Positions 8,101 through 19,600 of a DNA stretch of 64,000 nt are shown here, piece by piece. Source of the DNA: a virus. The notes under the pieces were generated by a model that saw only the letters and a program-made list of their open reading frames with translations, ran no database searches and was not told the origin of the DNA. The stretch lies in the IMG/VR virus record IMGVR_UViG_3300045972_000146, positions 29,864-93,863 of that record. One strand, given 5' to 3'. Every line of letters begins with the position of its first letter. Position 1 is the first letter of the stretch. Position numbers and translations under genes: made by a program.

Positions 8101-9078
8101 ATGAACTATAATACTGGTAACATACTAAATTCTAAAAGCAAGCATATTGGAAAAGAAGATATATTGAGCAAAACAACGGAGTATTCCATTTTTGCAAAAT
8201 ACATTGGAAATTTCAAGATTGGTCATATTTACAATAGTCCATTGAGAGAGGATAAATCCCCTTCCTTTGGAGTGTTTGTAAGCCATAAAACTGGTTCTTT
8301 GTTATACAAGGATATGGCCAGTGGAGATTGTGGAGATGTTTTTAATTTTGTAAAGAAATACAAAAATCTATCAACATACAACGAGACATTTAAGCAGATA
8401 AGAGAAGACATGTCAATTGACTCAATTGTTGGGTCAGATATAAAAGCGAATAGACGCTACGAGGTTAGAGAAAGCCATATCTCTGTGGTCAGAAAGCCAT
8501 TTACACAAGTAGATAAGGATTTTTGGGGACAGTTCAAGATTACACAAGACACATTGAAATTATACAAGGTAGACCCTATACAAAAATACCTTATCAATGG
8601 ACTAGTGAAGTCTAAATATGAAAACGATAACCCCATGTATTGTTACAAAGTATTCAACAGATTTAAGATTTACAAACCCTATGAAACCAAGCTACACAAA
8701 TGGCGTGGTAACCTTAGTGCATTAGACATATTTGGATTTGAGCAATTGCCCGAATCTGGAGACTTATTAATTATTACTAAGTCTTTAAAAGATGTCATGG
8801 TATTAAAGGAATTGGGATATGACGCCGTAGCTCCTTCGAGTGAAAGTACAATCATACCTGATGTCGTCATAGAGAATTTAAAAGCTAAATTCAAAAAAAT
8901 CGTTATATTCTATGATAGAGATAAAACAGGAATGACGTTTGCAAGGCAATTGTCAAGCAAGCATAAATTCAATGCTATTTTTATCAACAAAAAATATAAA
9001 ACCAAAGACATTAGTGATCTCGTGAAGAAAGCAGGATATGTGAAAACATTAACTATTTTTGAGCAGATGATTAATTAA
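8101..9078 (+). CDS. dnaG: DNA primase (degenerate zinc-binding domain plus TOPRIM)
   Basis: SPLREDKSPSF...GDVF N-domain lacking CHC2 ligands; ITKSLKDVM, FYDRDKTG, KDISD TOPRIM motifs. Confidence 0.88.
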   Translation: MNYNTGNILNSKSKHIGKEDILSKTTEYSIFAKYIGNFKIGHIYNSPLREDKSPSFGVFVSHKTGSLLYKDMASGDCGDVFNFVKKYKNLSTYNETFKQIREDMSIDSIVGSDIKANRRYEVRESHISVVRKPFTQVDKDFWGQFKITQDTLKLYKVDPIQKYLINGLVKSKYENDNPMYCYKVFNRFKIYKPYETKLHKWRGNLSALDIFGFEQLPESGDLLIITKSLKDVMVLKELGYDAVAPSSESTIIPDVVIENLKAKFKKIVIFYDRDKTGMTFARQLSSKHKFNAIFINKKYKTKDISDLVKKAGYVKTLTIFEQMIN

Positions 9079-9086
9079 AAACCAAA

Positions 9087-9150
9087 GGGCATAACCCTGA
9101 GGTTCGTACCGGGGTGTCCCCGATGCGATGGGAGCGATACCCATATGCCC
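9087..9150 (+). ncRNA. tRNA-like element
   Basis: gggcata 9087-93 / tatgccc 9144-50 (7 bp); TGGG-AGCGATA-CCCA 9129-9143; internal hairpin accct...ggggt capped by GG-TTCGTA-CC. Confidence 0.55.
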
Positions 9151-9209
9151 GACTAGATAGGGGCAAGAGAAAATAAGTATTATTATTAACTAACTACAAA
9201 TTATATCAA

Positions 9210-10433
9210 ATGATTATCAAATCAGATAACAAAAATACGTATTTAATTACCCCAGAAGAAACAAAACAATTCTTAGGAATTAATACAAATAAGACAATTC
9301 TTATTGACAAACAAAGTTTAGAATTTATTATCGAAGAAGCGGGACCCGGCATTTTGGCAACAAAATGGGTTGATGAAGAAATCGATGGACGTAAATTCCG
9401 AAAGGTCAAAAAAGAAATTGTATCAACGTTTGGAGACCTACTCCTTGAAGAGTATAAATCAACAAGCAAAATTTACGAAACTTTGAGTAAAAAATTCATT
9501 AATACCTCCGGTGTTTCTGATGTATTCAAAAACGCATTGGCCAACGACATGAATCTTGTGTTATTTGGTAAAGGCGGATTTGGTAAATCTGAAATGTGCG
9601 GTGAATTATTCGGATGTTCAGAATTGAAAGATCGTGTTTTTATTAAATCACTATCAGAAGCTACAACGGAAGAGGACCTGTTCGGAGGTATAAATGTTAA
9701 AAAGATGACAGATACTGGAGTAATCGAGTATAACTGCGAGAATTCCTTTGCAAATAAGGAAATTGTCATTTTTGAAGAAATTTTTGATGCTAATCCCCGT
9801 GTATTAGCTGCACTCAAAGATACTTTGACCTCGAAAGAGATACGAAACGGAAACCAACGATTCCCAATCAAAACCAAAATTATTATTGGTCTAACTAATA
9901 AGACTTATGATGAGGTTATTGAAGACGATTCGACAGAAGCGTTAACACAACGTTTCCCTGTTTCATACAAATTGCAATACGATATGACCAAGCTGGATAC
10001 AGCAGGGTTGATATTAAACCGTTATCCAGATTTCGATGGACGCAAGTTAGCCTCTATCCTTGATACTCTCAAGGAAATGTCAGACCTAACTCCGCGTAAA
10101 GTCCTTGAAATGTCTAAATACATTAAGGATCTGGAAATCATTAAAACAAAGAACTATTCTGAAAAGATTACCAATAATATGATGACTCCGGTTATCAATT
10201 ATTTGAAAAACAAATCAGTAATTGACTTTAATAAAATTCTATTTGATTCGATTGTGAATGCAGGCTCAGCAATTAAGGCGGAAGACGTAAGAGATTACGA
10301 CTCGTTTGTTGATACTAATCGCTGTCTTGAGATCATTAAGAATTCTAAAGTTGGCGGACTTGGCGTTTCAAATAACGTAAAAATGGAAATCGAGGAATTC
10401 TTCGGAGTTTTGAACAAAAAACTTGCTGCATAA
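9210..10433 (+). CDS. MoxR-family AAA+ ATPase (RavA-like)
   Basis: GKGGFGKS Walker A, TTEEDLFG, IFEEIFD Walker B, ALTQRF arginine finger, PR sensor 2. Confidence 0.85.
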   Translation: MIIKSDNKNTYLITPEETKQFLGINTNKTILIDKQSLEFIIEEAGPGILATKWVDEEIDGRKFRKVKKEIVSTFGDLLLEEYKSTSKIYETLSKKFINTSGVSDVFKNALANDMNLVLFGKGGFGKSEMCGELFGCSELKDRVFIKSLSEATTEEDLFGGINVKKMTDTGVIEYNCENSFANKEIVIFEEIFDANPRVLAALKDTLTSKEIRNGNQRFPIKTKIIIGLTNKTYDEVIEDDSTEALTQRFPVSYKLQYDMTKLDTAGLILNRYPDFDGRKLASILDTLKEMSDLTPRKVLEMSKYIKDLEIIKTKNYSEKITNNMMTPVINYLKNKSVIDFNKILFDSIVNAGSAIKAEDVRDYDSFVDTNRCLEIIKNSKVGGLGVSNNVKMEIEEFFGVLNKKLAA

Positions 10434-11629
10434 TGATAGCTGGTAATAATGCATACAAATGCTTTACGGACATTAAGTATAACCTTAGTGATGAGGCGAT
10501 TAACAAAATTATTAAAACAAAAAAAGCACTGAAATCGGAAATAACAAAGGTGGAAAAGGAATTCAATCCATTTTCTGGAAAGCCGATGACGGAAGCAATG
10601 ATGCAAGAGAAGGCCTCTCTTGATTTTATGTATAAGAATTTTGAAAGTCAAATTATCCCAAGTATATATAACAGTGTTGACGGTTATGATACGCAAACTT
10701 CTTTCTATCAACAAAATGATGGAACGCCAATCGAGACTCTAAAAGGAGTGTCTCGCACCTTAGATACAATATCAAGAGGAGCGAAATATGAAAATGGAAC
10801 TACGCTCGAAAAATCAATCAATGCCTTGTACGATCAGTATAAACACATTGCGGTTAGCGAACCAACTGAAAAAGAAATTGAACAGGAAGGAAAGGCGATA
10901 TCTAAAAATACCAAAAGCATAGAGAATGAGGATGCCGACCCTAGTGGTAACGACAACCCCATGAAAAATATGGCTGGTTATAAGCAACTCGAAGAGTGGC
11001 TAAAGAAAATGAAAGGAGATGATAGTAAAAAGAAGAGATTCATGCAAATGCAAAAAATGTCTGATTTACAAAAAGTTTCTGTAGTTGAATTTGTGAAACC
11101 AAAAGCGTTGTTAATGAAAAAAATTGTTAACAAAGAATTGTACTGTAAACAAACCTCACCAAGTGAGCGTTTCATGCATATTATGACCGACCTTTCTGGA
11201 AGTATGGGTGATTATCATACGTGGAGAAATCTACTATTGACGAGAACATATGAAGAATGTGTAAGCATAGGTATAAATGTTGCGACTGAGTTTTGGCATA
11301 CAAGTTTGTACACTTCGGGCAAAAATAGTCCACAAAAGATACGATCAAAAATGGATTTGGAAAATAAAGCATTAAGTATACGTCCTGGCGGAAGCGACAG
11401 AATGGGTTACTGTGCATTGCAAAAACTACAATCCCTTCAAAGAAAGAATGCAAAGCAATACATTTTATGTATATCTGACGGAACTGGATCTATCGATGAT
11501 CGAGAACAGGCAGAAGAAATAGAACGTATGGCAATTGAAAAAAACATTGAGATAAAGTTTGCTTTGTTCTCAAAAAATAACGACATGAATGGAACAAAAA
11601 AAGAAAATATATTCTACATTTATGACTAA
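10433..11629 (+). CDS. von Willebrand factor A domain protein (ViaA-like MoxR partner)
   Basis: MIDAS DLSGSM, PGGSD, ISDG motifs; TAATG coupling to the AAA+ gene. Confidence 0.82.
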   Translation: MIAGNNAYKCFTDIKYNLSDEAINKIIKTKKALKSEITKVEKEFNPFSGKPMTEAMMQEKASLDFMYKNFESQIIPSIYNSVDGYDTQTSFYQQNDGTPIETLKGVSRTLDTISRGAKYENGTTLEKSINALYDQYKHIAVSEPTEKEIEQEGKAISKNTKSIENEDADPSGNDNPMKNMAGYKQLEEWLKKMKGDDSKKKRFMQMQKMSDLQKVSVVEFVKPKALLMKKIVNKELYCKQTSPSERFMHIMTDLSGSMGDYHTWRNLLLTRTYEECVSIGINVATEFWHTSLYTSGKNSPQKIRSKMDLENKALSIRPGGSDRMGYCALQKLQSLQRKNAKQYILCISDGTGSIDDREQAEEIERMAIEKNIEIKFALFSKNNDMNGTKKENIFYIYD

Positions 11630-11713
11630 TATTAGCCATTTAAATGAGAATGCAGACGATGATGATGGACTACATTAATTAATATTACTAGTCCTCATTT
11701 ATAATTAAAAAAC

Positions 11714-11880
11714 AGCCTATTAGCATAACATTGACAATGCGTATTTTGCCTGTGTAGTTGGCTTTCGGACCTCCTGTTGCTGTATATGAGAATAATTCGT
11801 TATTCAATAAGATACCCAGCGTCCATATGAATATATTACTACCTTCGTACGATAAACCGGGAGTGTGTCCCGGATAGGTT
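11714..11880 (+). ncRNA. Putative rod-like structured RNA in a 380-nt intergenic gap
   Basis: Nested pairs 11714-20/11874-80, 11754-58/11838-42, 11767-70/11821-24, 11779-82/11817-20; apical gaataa-TTCG-ttattc; side hairpin 11857-73. Confidence 0.4.
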
Positions 11881-11950
11881 TCTAATGCATATTTATATGC
11901 AAACAATATTTAGTACTGGCATGCTAGATTGAAAAAGGGTTAGCCAAACA

Positions 11951-11984
11951 ATGATAGAGGTGTCTGCGAAGATATCTCTATCAT
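11951..11984 (+). terminator. 15-bp hairpin with GCGA tetraloop (terminator or processing site)
   Basis: atgatagaggtgtct-gcga-agatatctctatcat; lacks a clean U-tract. Confidence 0.5.
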
Positions 11985-12007
11985 AATATTACAACTAAAA
12001 CAAAAGA

Positions 12008-13009
12008 ATGGAAATTAAAATACCATATTACGAAGATAATTCTCGTATCTCCAATTCGTCTTTAGGATGGTTTAAGATTAGTCCTAAATACTTTAAAGGT
12101 AGATTAGATGGTACTGAGAGTTTCGAAACAACAAAAGCAATGGAAAATGGGACAATGACCCACATGTACTTGCTACAACCAGATGAATATAAGAAAACTT
12201 ATAAGATTTTAAACTTCACAACACCAACTTCCCCTCAACAGAAAAAGTTCTGTCAGGACTATGTAAATAGCAAGGCCGTAGGGGCCAATTTAAAGGCCGC
12301 TGAGGCATTCAAAGCTAATTATAGCACAACTGGCAAGACAGAGGAAGATAATGCCGTGAAGGGGCTAGAAATGGCCTTAAAGCTCGATTCTTATATCAAA
12401 TGGCTGGAGACTGGAGGAGATGCAGGTAATACTATTACTTGGAGCACCTCAAATCAACTGAAAATAACAAAAGAGAACGTCCAGCTTCATAAAAAAGCTA
12501 GCGATCTCTTATTTAATAACGGAAATTCACCAGAGTATATTGCTCAGAATGAATTCCATATTAACTGGAATGTCAAATTACAAAATGGACATTTACTAGA
12601 GTGTAAATCTTTAATAGATAGACTTATAATTGACCACGAAAACAAAGTAATAAAATTGGTAGATGTGAAAACAACTGCTGATGTTAATGCTTTTGCTTCT
12701 TCGTTCAAAAAGTATGACTATGGAAGACAAATGGCATTCTACTGGATGGCTATAATTTGGTATTTCGACAATGAACTTAAAATAGATATTTCTGAATACA
12801 AAAGCGAAACATATATAGTTGCCATTCAAAATAATGGTAATTGCGCATGTAGAGTATTTAGCATACCAGAAGAATCTATTGTTGCTAAAACAACAGAACT
12901 AGCACAAATATTATCAGACATAGATTGGCATATGAGTCAAGATATGTGGGATTATACCAAAGAGTATTACGAAGGTGATGGTGTAGAATCATTACCTAAT
13001 GAATATTAA
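12008..13009 (+). CDS. PD-(D/E)XK exonuclease (RecE/ExoVIII-like)
   Basis: ISNSSL, GTMTHMYLL, CKSLIDRL, LVDVKTT, YGRQMAFY motifs. Confidence 0.87.
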   Translation: MEIKIPYYEDNSRISNSSLGWFKISPKYFKGRLDGTESFETTKAMENGTMTHMYLLQPDEYKKTYKILNFTTPTSPQQKKFCQDYVNSKAVGANLKAAEAFKANYSTTGKTEEDNAVKGLEMALKLDSYIKWLETGGDAGNTITWSTSNQLKITKENVQLHKKASDLLFNNGNSPEYIAQNEFHINWNVKLQNGHLLECKSLIDRLIIDHENKVIKLVDVKTTADVNAFASSFKKYDYGRQMAFYWMAIIWYFDNELKIDISEYKSETYIVAIQNNGNCACRVFSIPEESIVAKTTELAQILSDIDWHMSQDMWDYTKEYYEGDGVESLPNEY

Positions 13010-13538
13010 CGAAGATTGCAATTTATCAATGTTTCTATTACTTCCACTTATATCTGTAGATGATATAACAGCAGAAGATATAATAGGAGGATATGAAGAT
13101 GCATTAATGAATTCTTTCAGTTATGACATTAATAAGCCTTATTTAGACGATCATATACATTTAGTATTTGATAATTCTATGTTTAAGGAAAAAGATGTCG
13201 AACCAATAACCAAAAGGGACGAATTATGCTACATATCTCACTATCGATTATCTGGAGTTTACGTTAAAGTATATGCATTAAAGATATCAGACGAATTCGA
13301 ATTAAGCAAAAGGCTTATTATGAATAACGATATATCAAGTTTAATGCCAGAAGTTAAGGCTAAGATATTCAAATTTTGGAATACCTCAGGAAGAACTAAT
13401 TTATTTGATATTCTCTATAATGAGAAACCGTCAGACAAAGAAGTTTCAAAAGAGATACTTCCAGAAGAGGATTATATCGAAACTGAAACTATAGAATACG
13501 TAACGAACTTTTCACTAAGAAGTGATTGGGACTATTAA
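12999..13538 (+). CDS. Hypothetical protein
   Basis: 179-aa ORF overlapping the nuclease stop. Confidence 0.7.
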   Translation: MNINEDCNLSMFLLLPLISVDDITAEDIIGGYEDALMNSFSYDINKPYLDDHIHLVFDNSMFKEKDVEPITKRDELCYISHYRLSGVYVKVYALKISDEFELSKRLIMNNDISSLMPEVKAKIFKFWNTSGRTNLFDILYNEKPSDKEVSKEILPEEDYIETETIEYVTNFSLRSDWDY

Positions 13539-13545
13539 TTATATA

Positions 13546-13587
13546 AAAAATGCCAATAAAAGGAATTAGTCCTCTATTGGCATTTTT
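13546..13587. terminator. Bidirectional intrinsic terminator between the convergent modules
   Basis: aaaaatgccaata...tattggcattttt inverted repeat with A/T tracts on both sides. Confidence 0.8.
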
Positions 13588-13636
13588 AATTACATTTTTT
13601 TTGAGCTACTTTCTACTCCTTCCACCTAAACCGGCA

Positions 13637-16600
13637 TTACATGGTTTTCTTAACCTTTTTCAATTGTCGATTTATTTTACGCGTACTCCTTGATTTCCTT
13701 CTAGCTCTAATCTTTTGATCCTTCAAATCTTGTGGAGTTTCTTCATATCCAAGTGGCAAGTACTTATTCTCACCTCTATCTATCTCCATTTGTTTATTAA
13801 ATCGTTCTTGTTCTAGCTTCTGTATAGCGTCCTTCTTGGCCCTCTGAGCCGGAGTCATTGCTATTTTTTCTACATTTGTAAAGATGACATTAATGTTTTT
13901 CTTTGAGAATGCTTCCCTTGCCTTTAAATCTGGCTTAATGAATGTTTCGAAGTAATTCTTATAGGCTGGTGTTAATTTAATCAATGCCCTCTCAAGCTTA
14001 GTGTAATACTGATATCTTCCTTCCTGTATTCTATCGAATAGAGTACCGTCTAACATACCACCAAAGATCTCACCTAATTGTTGAATTGCGGGTTGAGCTG
14101 CAGTAGGAGATTGGATCAATCCGTAAGCATCCATAGGAGATCTAACTGAACCAAGTTCTAATACATTTCTAAGTAAAATAGTGTATATAAACTGCTGCCA
14201 TGATCTTTTTTTATCGTCATCGCTATCTCCAACCATAGATCCAGCTAATACAGCTGCAACCGAAACTAACATTAACCATTTTAAGTCACCAGATATCTTT
14301 CTGAAGTTATATAGCTGATCAGTAGAATATTTGTTTTTCATATCGCCCATCTTAAATCCAAGCGTATTGCCAAATTTAAAATGCATAGACTCTCCTACTT
14401 TCTCTGCCAAATAATCAAGTAATATCTTGCCTGACGATCCAATATTGGTATAATCACCACTAGACCACGCTTGCTTTCTATAATTAAACTTTCTACTAGA
14501 AAATCTTTCTTCTGCAGCCACCTGCATAAACCCTCTATGTAAGAAGAATGCTGAGGCAAATGCATCTGCGTGTAATTTACCTTTATCTGCAGCAGTTAGC
14601 GTGCCATCTAGTTTTCTAGCCAAGTCAGCAGCTACAGTTGTAGCATAATTTATAGAACTTTCAGACAAGCTACTAGCATATTTTGGATTAACCCTAAGCA
14701 TATTATCTCTAACCTCAAATGCATCATACATATTCTCATCGATAGCATCAAATACTATTTCTCCGTTAGATCTATTCCCTGGAAAGAATTCGCTTATAAA
14801 CTGCTCTCTAGAATAGAACTGGCCATTATAAGGTTTAAAATTACTTAATACACCTACAAGCATAGCTCCTTTTGTTGCAAAGTCACCAGCAGTAAATGGA
14901 CCATACCCAATAACCTTCGATACGTTCTTTAGTAATGTAGCTCCATGTAAATCCTTCATGTCTTCTAGATTTGACTTAGTTACACCAAACATCCTCATCA
15001 TTGACAATAGTTTATTATGACTATATCCAGACAAATTCTTTGTTAATGCACTAGGAAGAGAAGCAATTACTTCTTTTTGACCTTTTAAATATCCATTATT
15101 ATTCATCCATATACCGCAACTAGCTTCTACCTTTAGATTTATCTGAGAAGCTACAGCATTGGACTGTATTGCAAATAAGTTTAAGAATAAGTTTATCTTT
15201 CTAACAAAATCGTTGATAATAGTATGCATTGGTTTTGCTAGTGAGAACTTATTCCCTCTCTCCCTAGTAGCACCGGTAGTAGTTATGCCCTTTTTACCTA
15301 ATTTTATTGAATAGTCATTAGCTAATTGATCACTATAAACAGCAGAGGATACGAAATGAGATGCTCTACTGTACGTATTACTTTGCCCAGCTCCTTTTAC
15401 TTCTCTATTCTCTTTATCAACTACTCTGGTTTGTTTTATACCATCAAGCATTAATTCTATTTTCTCTGCATTTTCAGACATTTCTCTAAAATGAACAGCG
15501 GCTCTATAATATTCAGCAAATGATCCAAGCAAATCTCTAGAAATACTATCTCTATCTTCTAGCATTGTCCTATATTTAGTAGGAACAAATCTTACTTTGC
15601 TACCATCAGCTCTATGCAATCCAGCGGTATCGTAATCTCCATCTATATTATCGTACGGCATCCATCTAACTTGGTCAGCCATTGCCTCTCTGAATCCAGA
15701 TAGAAATGTATCGCCTTTAGTGATTCTCTCTAAGAACGTTCCAGGTATCTGGGCCAATCTATATTTAGATGGATTCTGTATATAGGAGTAATTAGAGTTG
15801 GCTACTTCATATGCATCCTTCAATTTATCATAGAATGCTTTAGATCTGGAGTCTTTCATTAGTTTATTATACTCCCTAGAATTATCATATTTACTTCTCT
15901 TTGGAACCATTCCGCCCTCAGACTCCTCTATATTGAAATTCTTATTAATGAACTCAGAGCTCTGATCTACTTCAGACCACAATGTATTTGGCTCATTATA
16001 AATCATATTCTCATCCTTTGGAATCAACTTAGTCCAATAAGAATATAACTGTCTATATCCATTTGCGTCTATATATGTAGTCCTATTGTCAAAATCAGAT
16101 ATAGAAGACGGATTAGTCAATGACTCTTGAGCTACAGCCCTTAAAGTCTTTTTGTATTCATCTGTTGGCTCTATTTTTGCAATATCTTTAAAGCCTAATC
16201 CATTCTTTGGTGGATGCTGTAATCTAGCAGTACTTAATGCAATATCAATCTTTTTGATTTTATCTGCAAGAGTAGATCCTCCCTTAATGGTAGTATTTTC
16301 TAATATATATGCAGGTATCTCCATTGTGTCTGGATTTCTATATATATTTAGCAGGGATTTCCTTAGCTCGTATAATTCGTCATATATTGGAAGTTGAGGA
16401 TTTTTTTCAATAGAGGTCAGTTTATCCCACCATTTTTGTTTATACGCTACTTTAGTATTATTTTTGAACCACGTATCAGCCTCTTCTTGGCTCATAGAAC
16501 TTAATACATTCTTATATGTTTCTTCAAATAACTGATTTTTTAGGGAGTAGGTTAAGCCTTTATTTATCTTTTTATAGAATTCCGATATTTCATCTGCTAT

Positions 16601-19600
16601 TATCCTATCTATAGACCCAGCCATCTTCTCTGTGCCATCCATATATACTTTTGATGATAAGTTAGCTTTAGCCTGTTTAAGTGCCCTAAACTTACTTATA
16701 TCAGCTTGAGTCATTAATCTAGTATCTATAAACCCTTGTTCATTCCTAAATCCAAGAACGAAACTAGATAATGTTTCTTTTGCATTATTTAATACTTCTG
16801 AAGCATCTGATGATAGTGATTTTTTAGCATCATAATACTCTCTTGTAAACATTCTTTCAGCATTCTCTGATAAATAGTCATCTAACTCGTCATTATACGT
16901 TTTCAACTCAGATGGATCAGAAGGGACATCATATTTACTCTTTAAATCATATTTTTTCTGCAAATACTTTCTAAAATCTTCTACATCCTTATTAAACTGA
17001 CCTCTGAGCAGATCAGATAACATGTATCCAGTAGCCTTTCCATCTTTATTATGCTCCATGAACCTTTTGTAGGTTACGGTTGGATTAAATTTGCTTAATT
17101 CAGCAAAAGAATCTGCAAGCCCGCCAAGAACTCCGTCTATTTCTATCTCTCTAGTTATCTTAGATTGAATATCTACTACTGTTTTGTCTAATACTCTAAG
17201 CCTTTCGTCTTTCTTGTTCTGCAGACTACCGAAAAATACCCCAAGTGCGTGTAAGTCACTAGGGGCAACACTAAAATTCTTTAACAATTCCTTCATTGTC
17301 GGAGAACCAACTTCGTCTGCAACTTTTGCAGCCATCTTGCTCCATTCGTAATTAACCAATAAATTGGTAGTCTTATCTATATCTGTAAGAATTCTCTGTA
17401 TTTCAGTATATTGATGTTGAATCTCCTTTATTTTTGACATTGGAAGAGATACAAGTGGACCATAGTTCTTTAGATTTAGTATGGTATTGATAGCATGCAT
17501 AGTACTATCATATAAAGGATGAAAGTCTCTTCGTATGTAGTTTATATCATCTGGTGATATCTCATCTCCTCTAGTCATTATATTCTTCATTTCATTAACA
17601 GATTTTGCAGACTTCAATACATCTCTATATGCAAACTCTACAAAACTCAATGCCGAACTAGCAATTTCATTAGATTTCAAGCTTCTAAGTAGGTTTTTCA
17701 TTTCCTCAATAGTAGCTTGATCTGGACTCTTTCTTCTTTCTAATATCTTTATGTTTGCAGTTAAACCATTAATTGCGGTATGCAAGAAGTTATTGGCAGA
17801 ACTAGACGACATTTCTATATCAGTAGGCAGTGAAGATTCTTTCTGGCCTTGTTGAGGAGTAGATATTAATGCCGCAGCCTTTTTTAATCTAGATTTTCTA
17901 CCAAATGAAGCTTTATTTGAAATTTCATCTTGGATAGGACTTAGTACAAAGTATCTTTCTCCATCAATTTCTCTTTCATATATAGCATCATCCTTAAACG
18001 CGGTAAGTAGTTGATTATATAATGTGTCATTCTTGCCTATAGCGATAAGCACTTCATTAAAACTAGACCTATCTAAGTTGGCAACGAGCGATTTAAGTAT
18101 AAATGCAGTGTCTACTCTTTTGGTTTTGTCTTTAATTTCAATATCCTTGATCATTAAAGAATTTCCATTATCATATACGTCATAAATTGCAGCAGTATTG
18201 CCACTTGCATACTCAACAGATCTCTCTGCAAAATCTACATACGATAATTTGGATAGTATATTCTTTCTTATGAACTCAGTATCATAGACGCCATTATCAA
18301 TTATATTTTGTCTAGACAATTCGCCTGCTACATCATTGCTAAATTTTATAGCCTCTGATAATGTAATAGTTCTTTGTTCGAAATCTCTAAGCTTTTTTGG
18401 ATCGAGTAAATCTAATACTTTGTTAACGTCATCTGCGATCAAAGTTCTTTGGTACCCATCTATAAGACTAAGTTTATCTTCTCCATATAAAATCCAATTA
18501 GACAATCTATCTAGAGTAGTATTTGGTCTTAATTGTTCTATATCATTTCTTTTGCCAAATACGTCTTTAATAAAGTCAGTAAACGCCTTCCAGTATTCTC
18601 TTATAGTTCCTTTTAATCCAGGAGTCATAATCTTTTCTGCAGACTTATCCTCTAATGCTTTTATTATAAGCTCATCGAGTTTATCCGAATCAGAATAGTC
18701 TTTATATGATACTAACGAGCCAAATACATCTTTCTGATGTCTTGCGGCCTCTAGCGCAAGCTGATTATATATATACTTAAGCTCTGGGTTGTTTTTAAGC
18801 ATATTAAGGAATGGGTGACCAAACATCTCATGAATAGTAGTCTCTGCAGATAGTTCACTATCGATTAAATATGCAGTGTTTTCTTTTGCATTAAAAAATC
18901 CCAGTAGTCCATTTTTTCCAGTTATTTTATGGTTCTCAGTAACCCCTTCATTGAAAGCAGCAACTACTTGATCGTATGGAAGTATTTTAAACCCCATTCC
19001 AAATCTGGCATTAAACTTGTTAGCAATACCTGTAACTACATTTATAGTAGAATTAGCCATTGGATTTTTAATTCCAATCTGAGACATCTTTAAAGTAGAT
19101 CCAAATCCTATTTCGGTCTGATCATTCTTATCAACAATTGGAGTTACTTTGGAAATCATATTCTGTCTTTCCTCCGCAGTAAATGGAGCGCTTTTAATCT
19201 CATTTAATGTCTTAACTGCACGATCATATGCAACTTGAGAAACGTTATCTTTTAATTTAAAAGTATATATGATCTTCTTACCTGAATCTGTATTTTCGGT
19301 ACCAACTCTATCTATGGTTATATTTGAGTTAACATTTTTATCATACTTTCTCTTTATGGACTTAAATTGATCTTCGCTTATTGCAGTCATAGCCCTATCA
19401 TTTCTACCAATGGCATCAGCAAGTTCTTTGTTTATCTCAGCAACCTTCTCGTTATACATAGACTCTAGTTCATTATCCAAACTAGGTTGTGGAGATGGAA
19501 CTATTTGCTCTTCTATAATTTCGGCAGGACCCTGAATATCTTCTATCGTCGGCCATGACTCTAAGCCATTTTTACTCTGAAACGCAGCAGTTCTTATCTC

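Noticed and set aside
3780-9150. Canonical tRNA genes
   Set aside because: No D-arm or 7-nt anticodon loop, 4-bp T-stem and no CCA; reported as tRNA-like instead
11688-11906. 72-aa minus-strand ORF
   Set aside because: Antisense to the plus-strand operon with no recognisable motif; better explained as structured intergenic sequence
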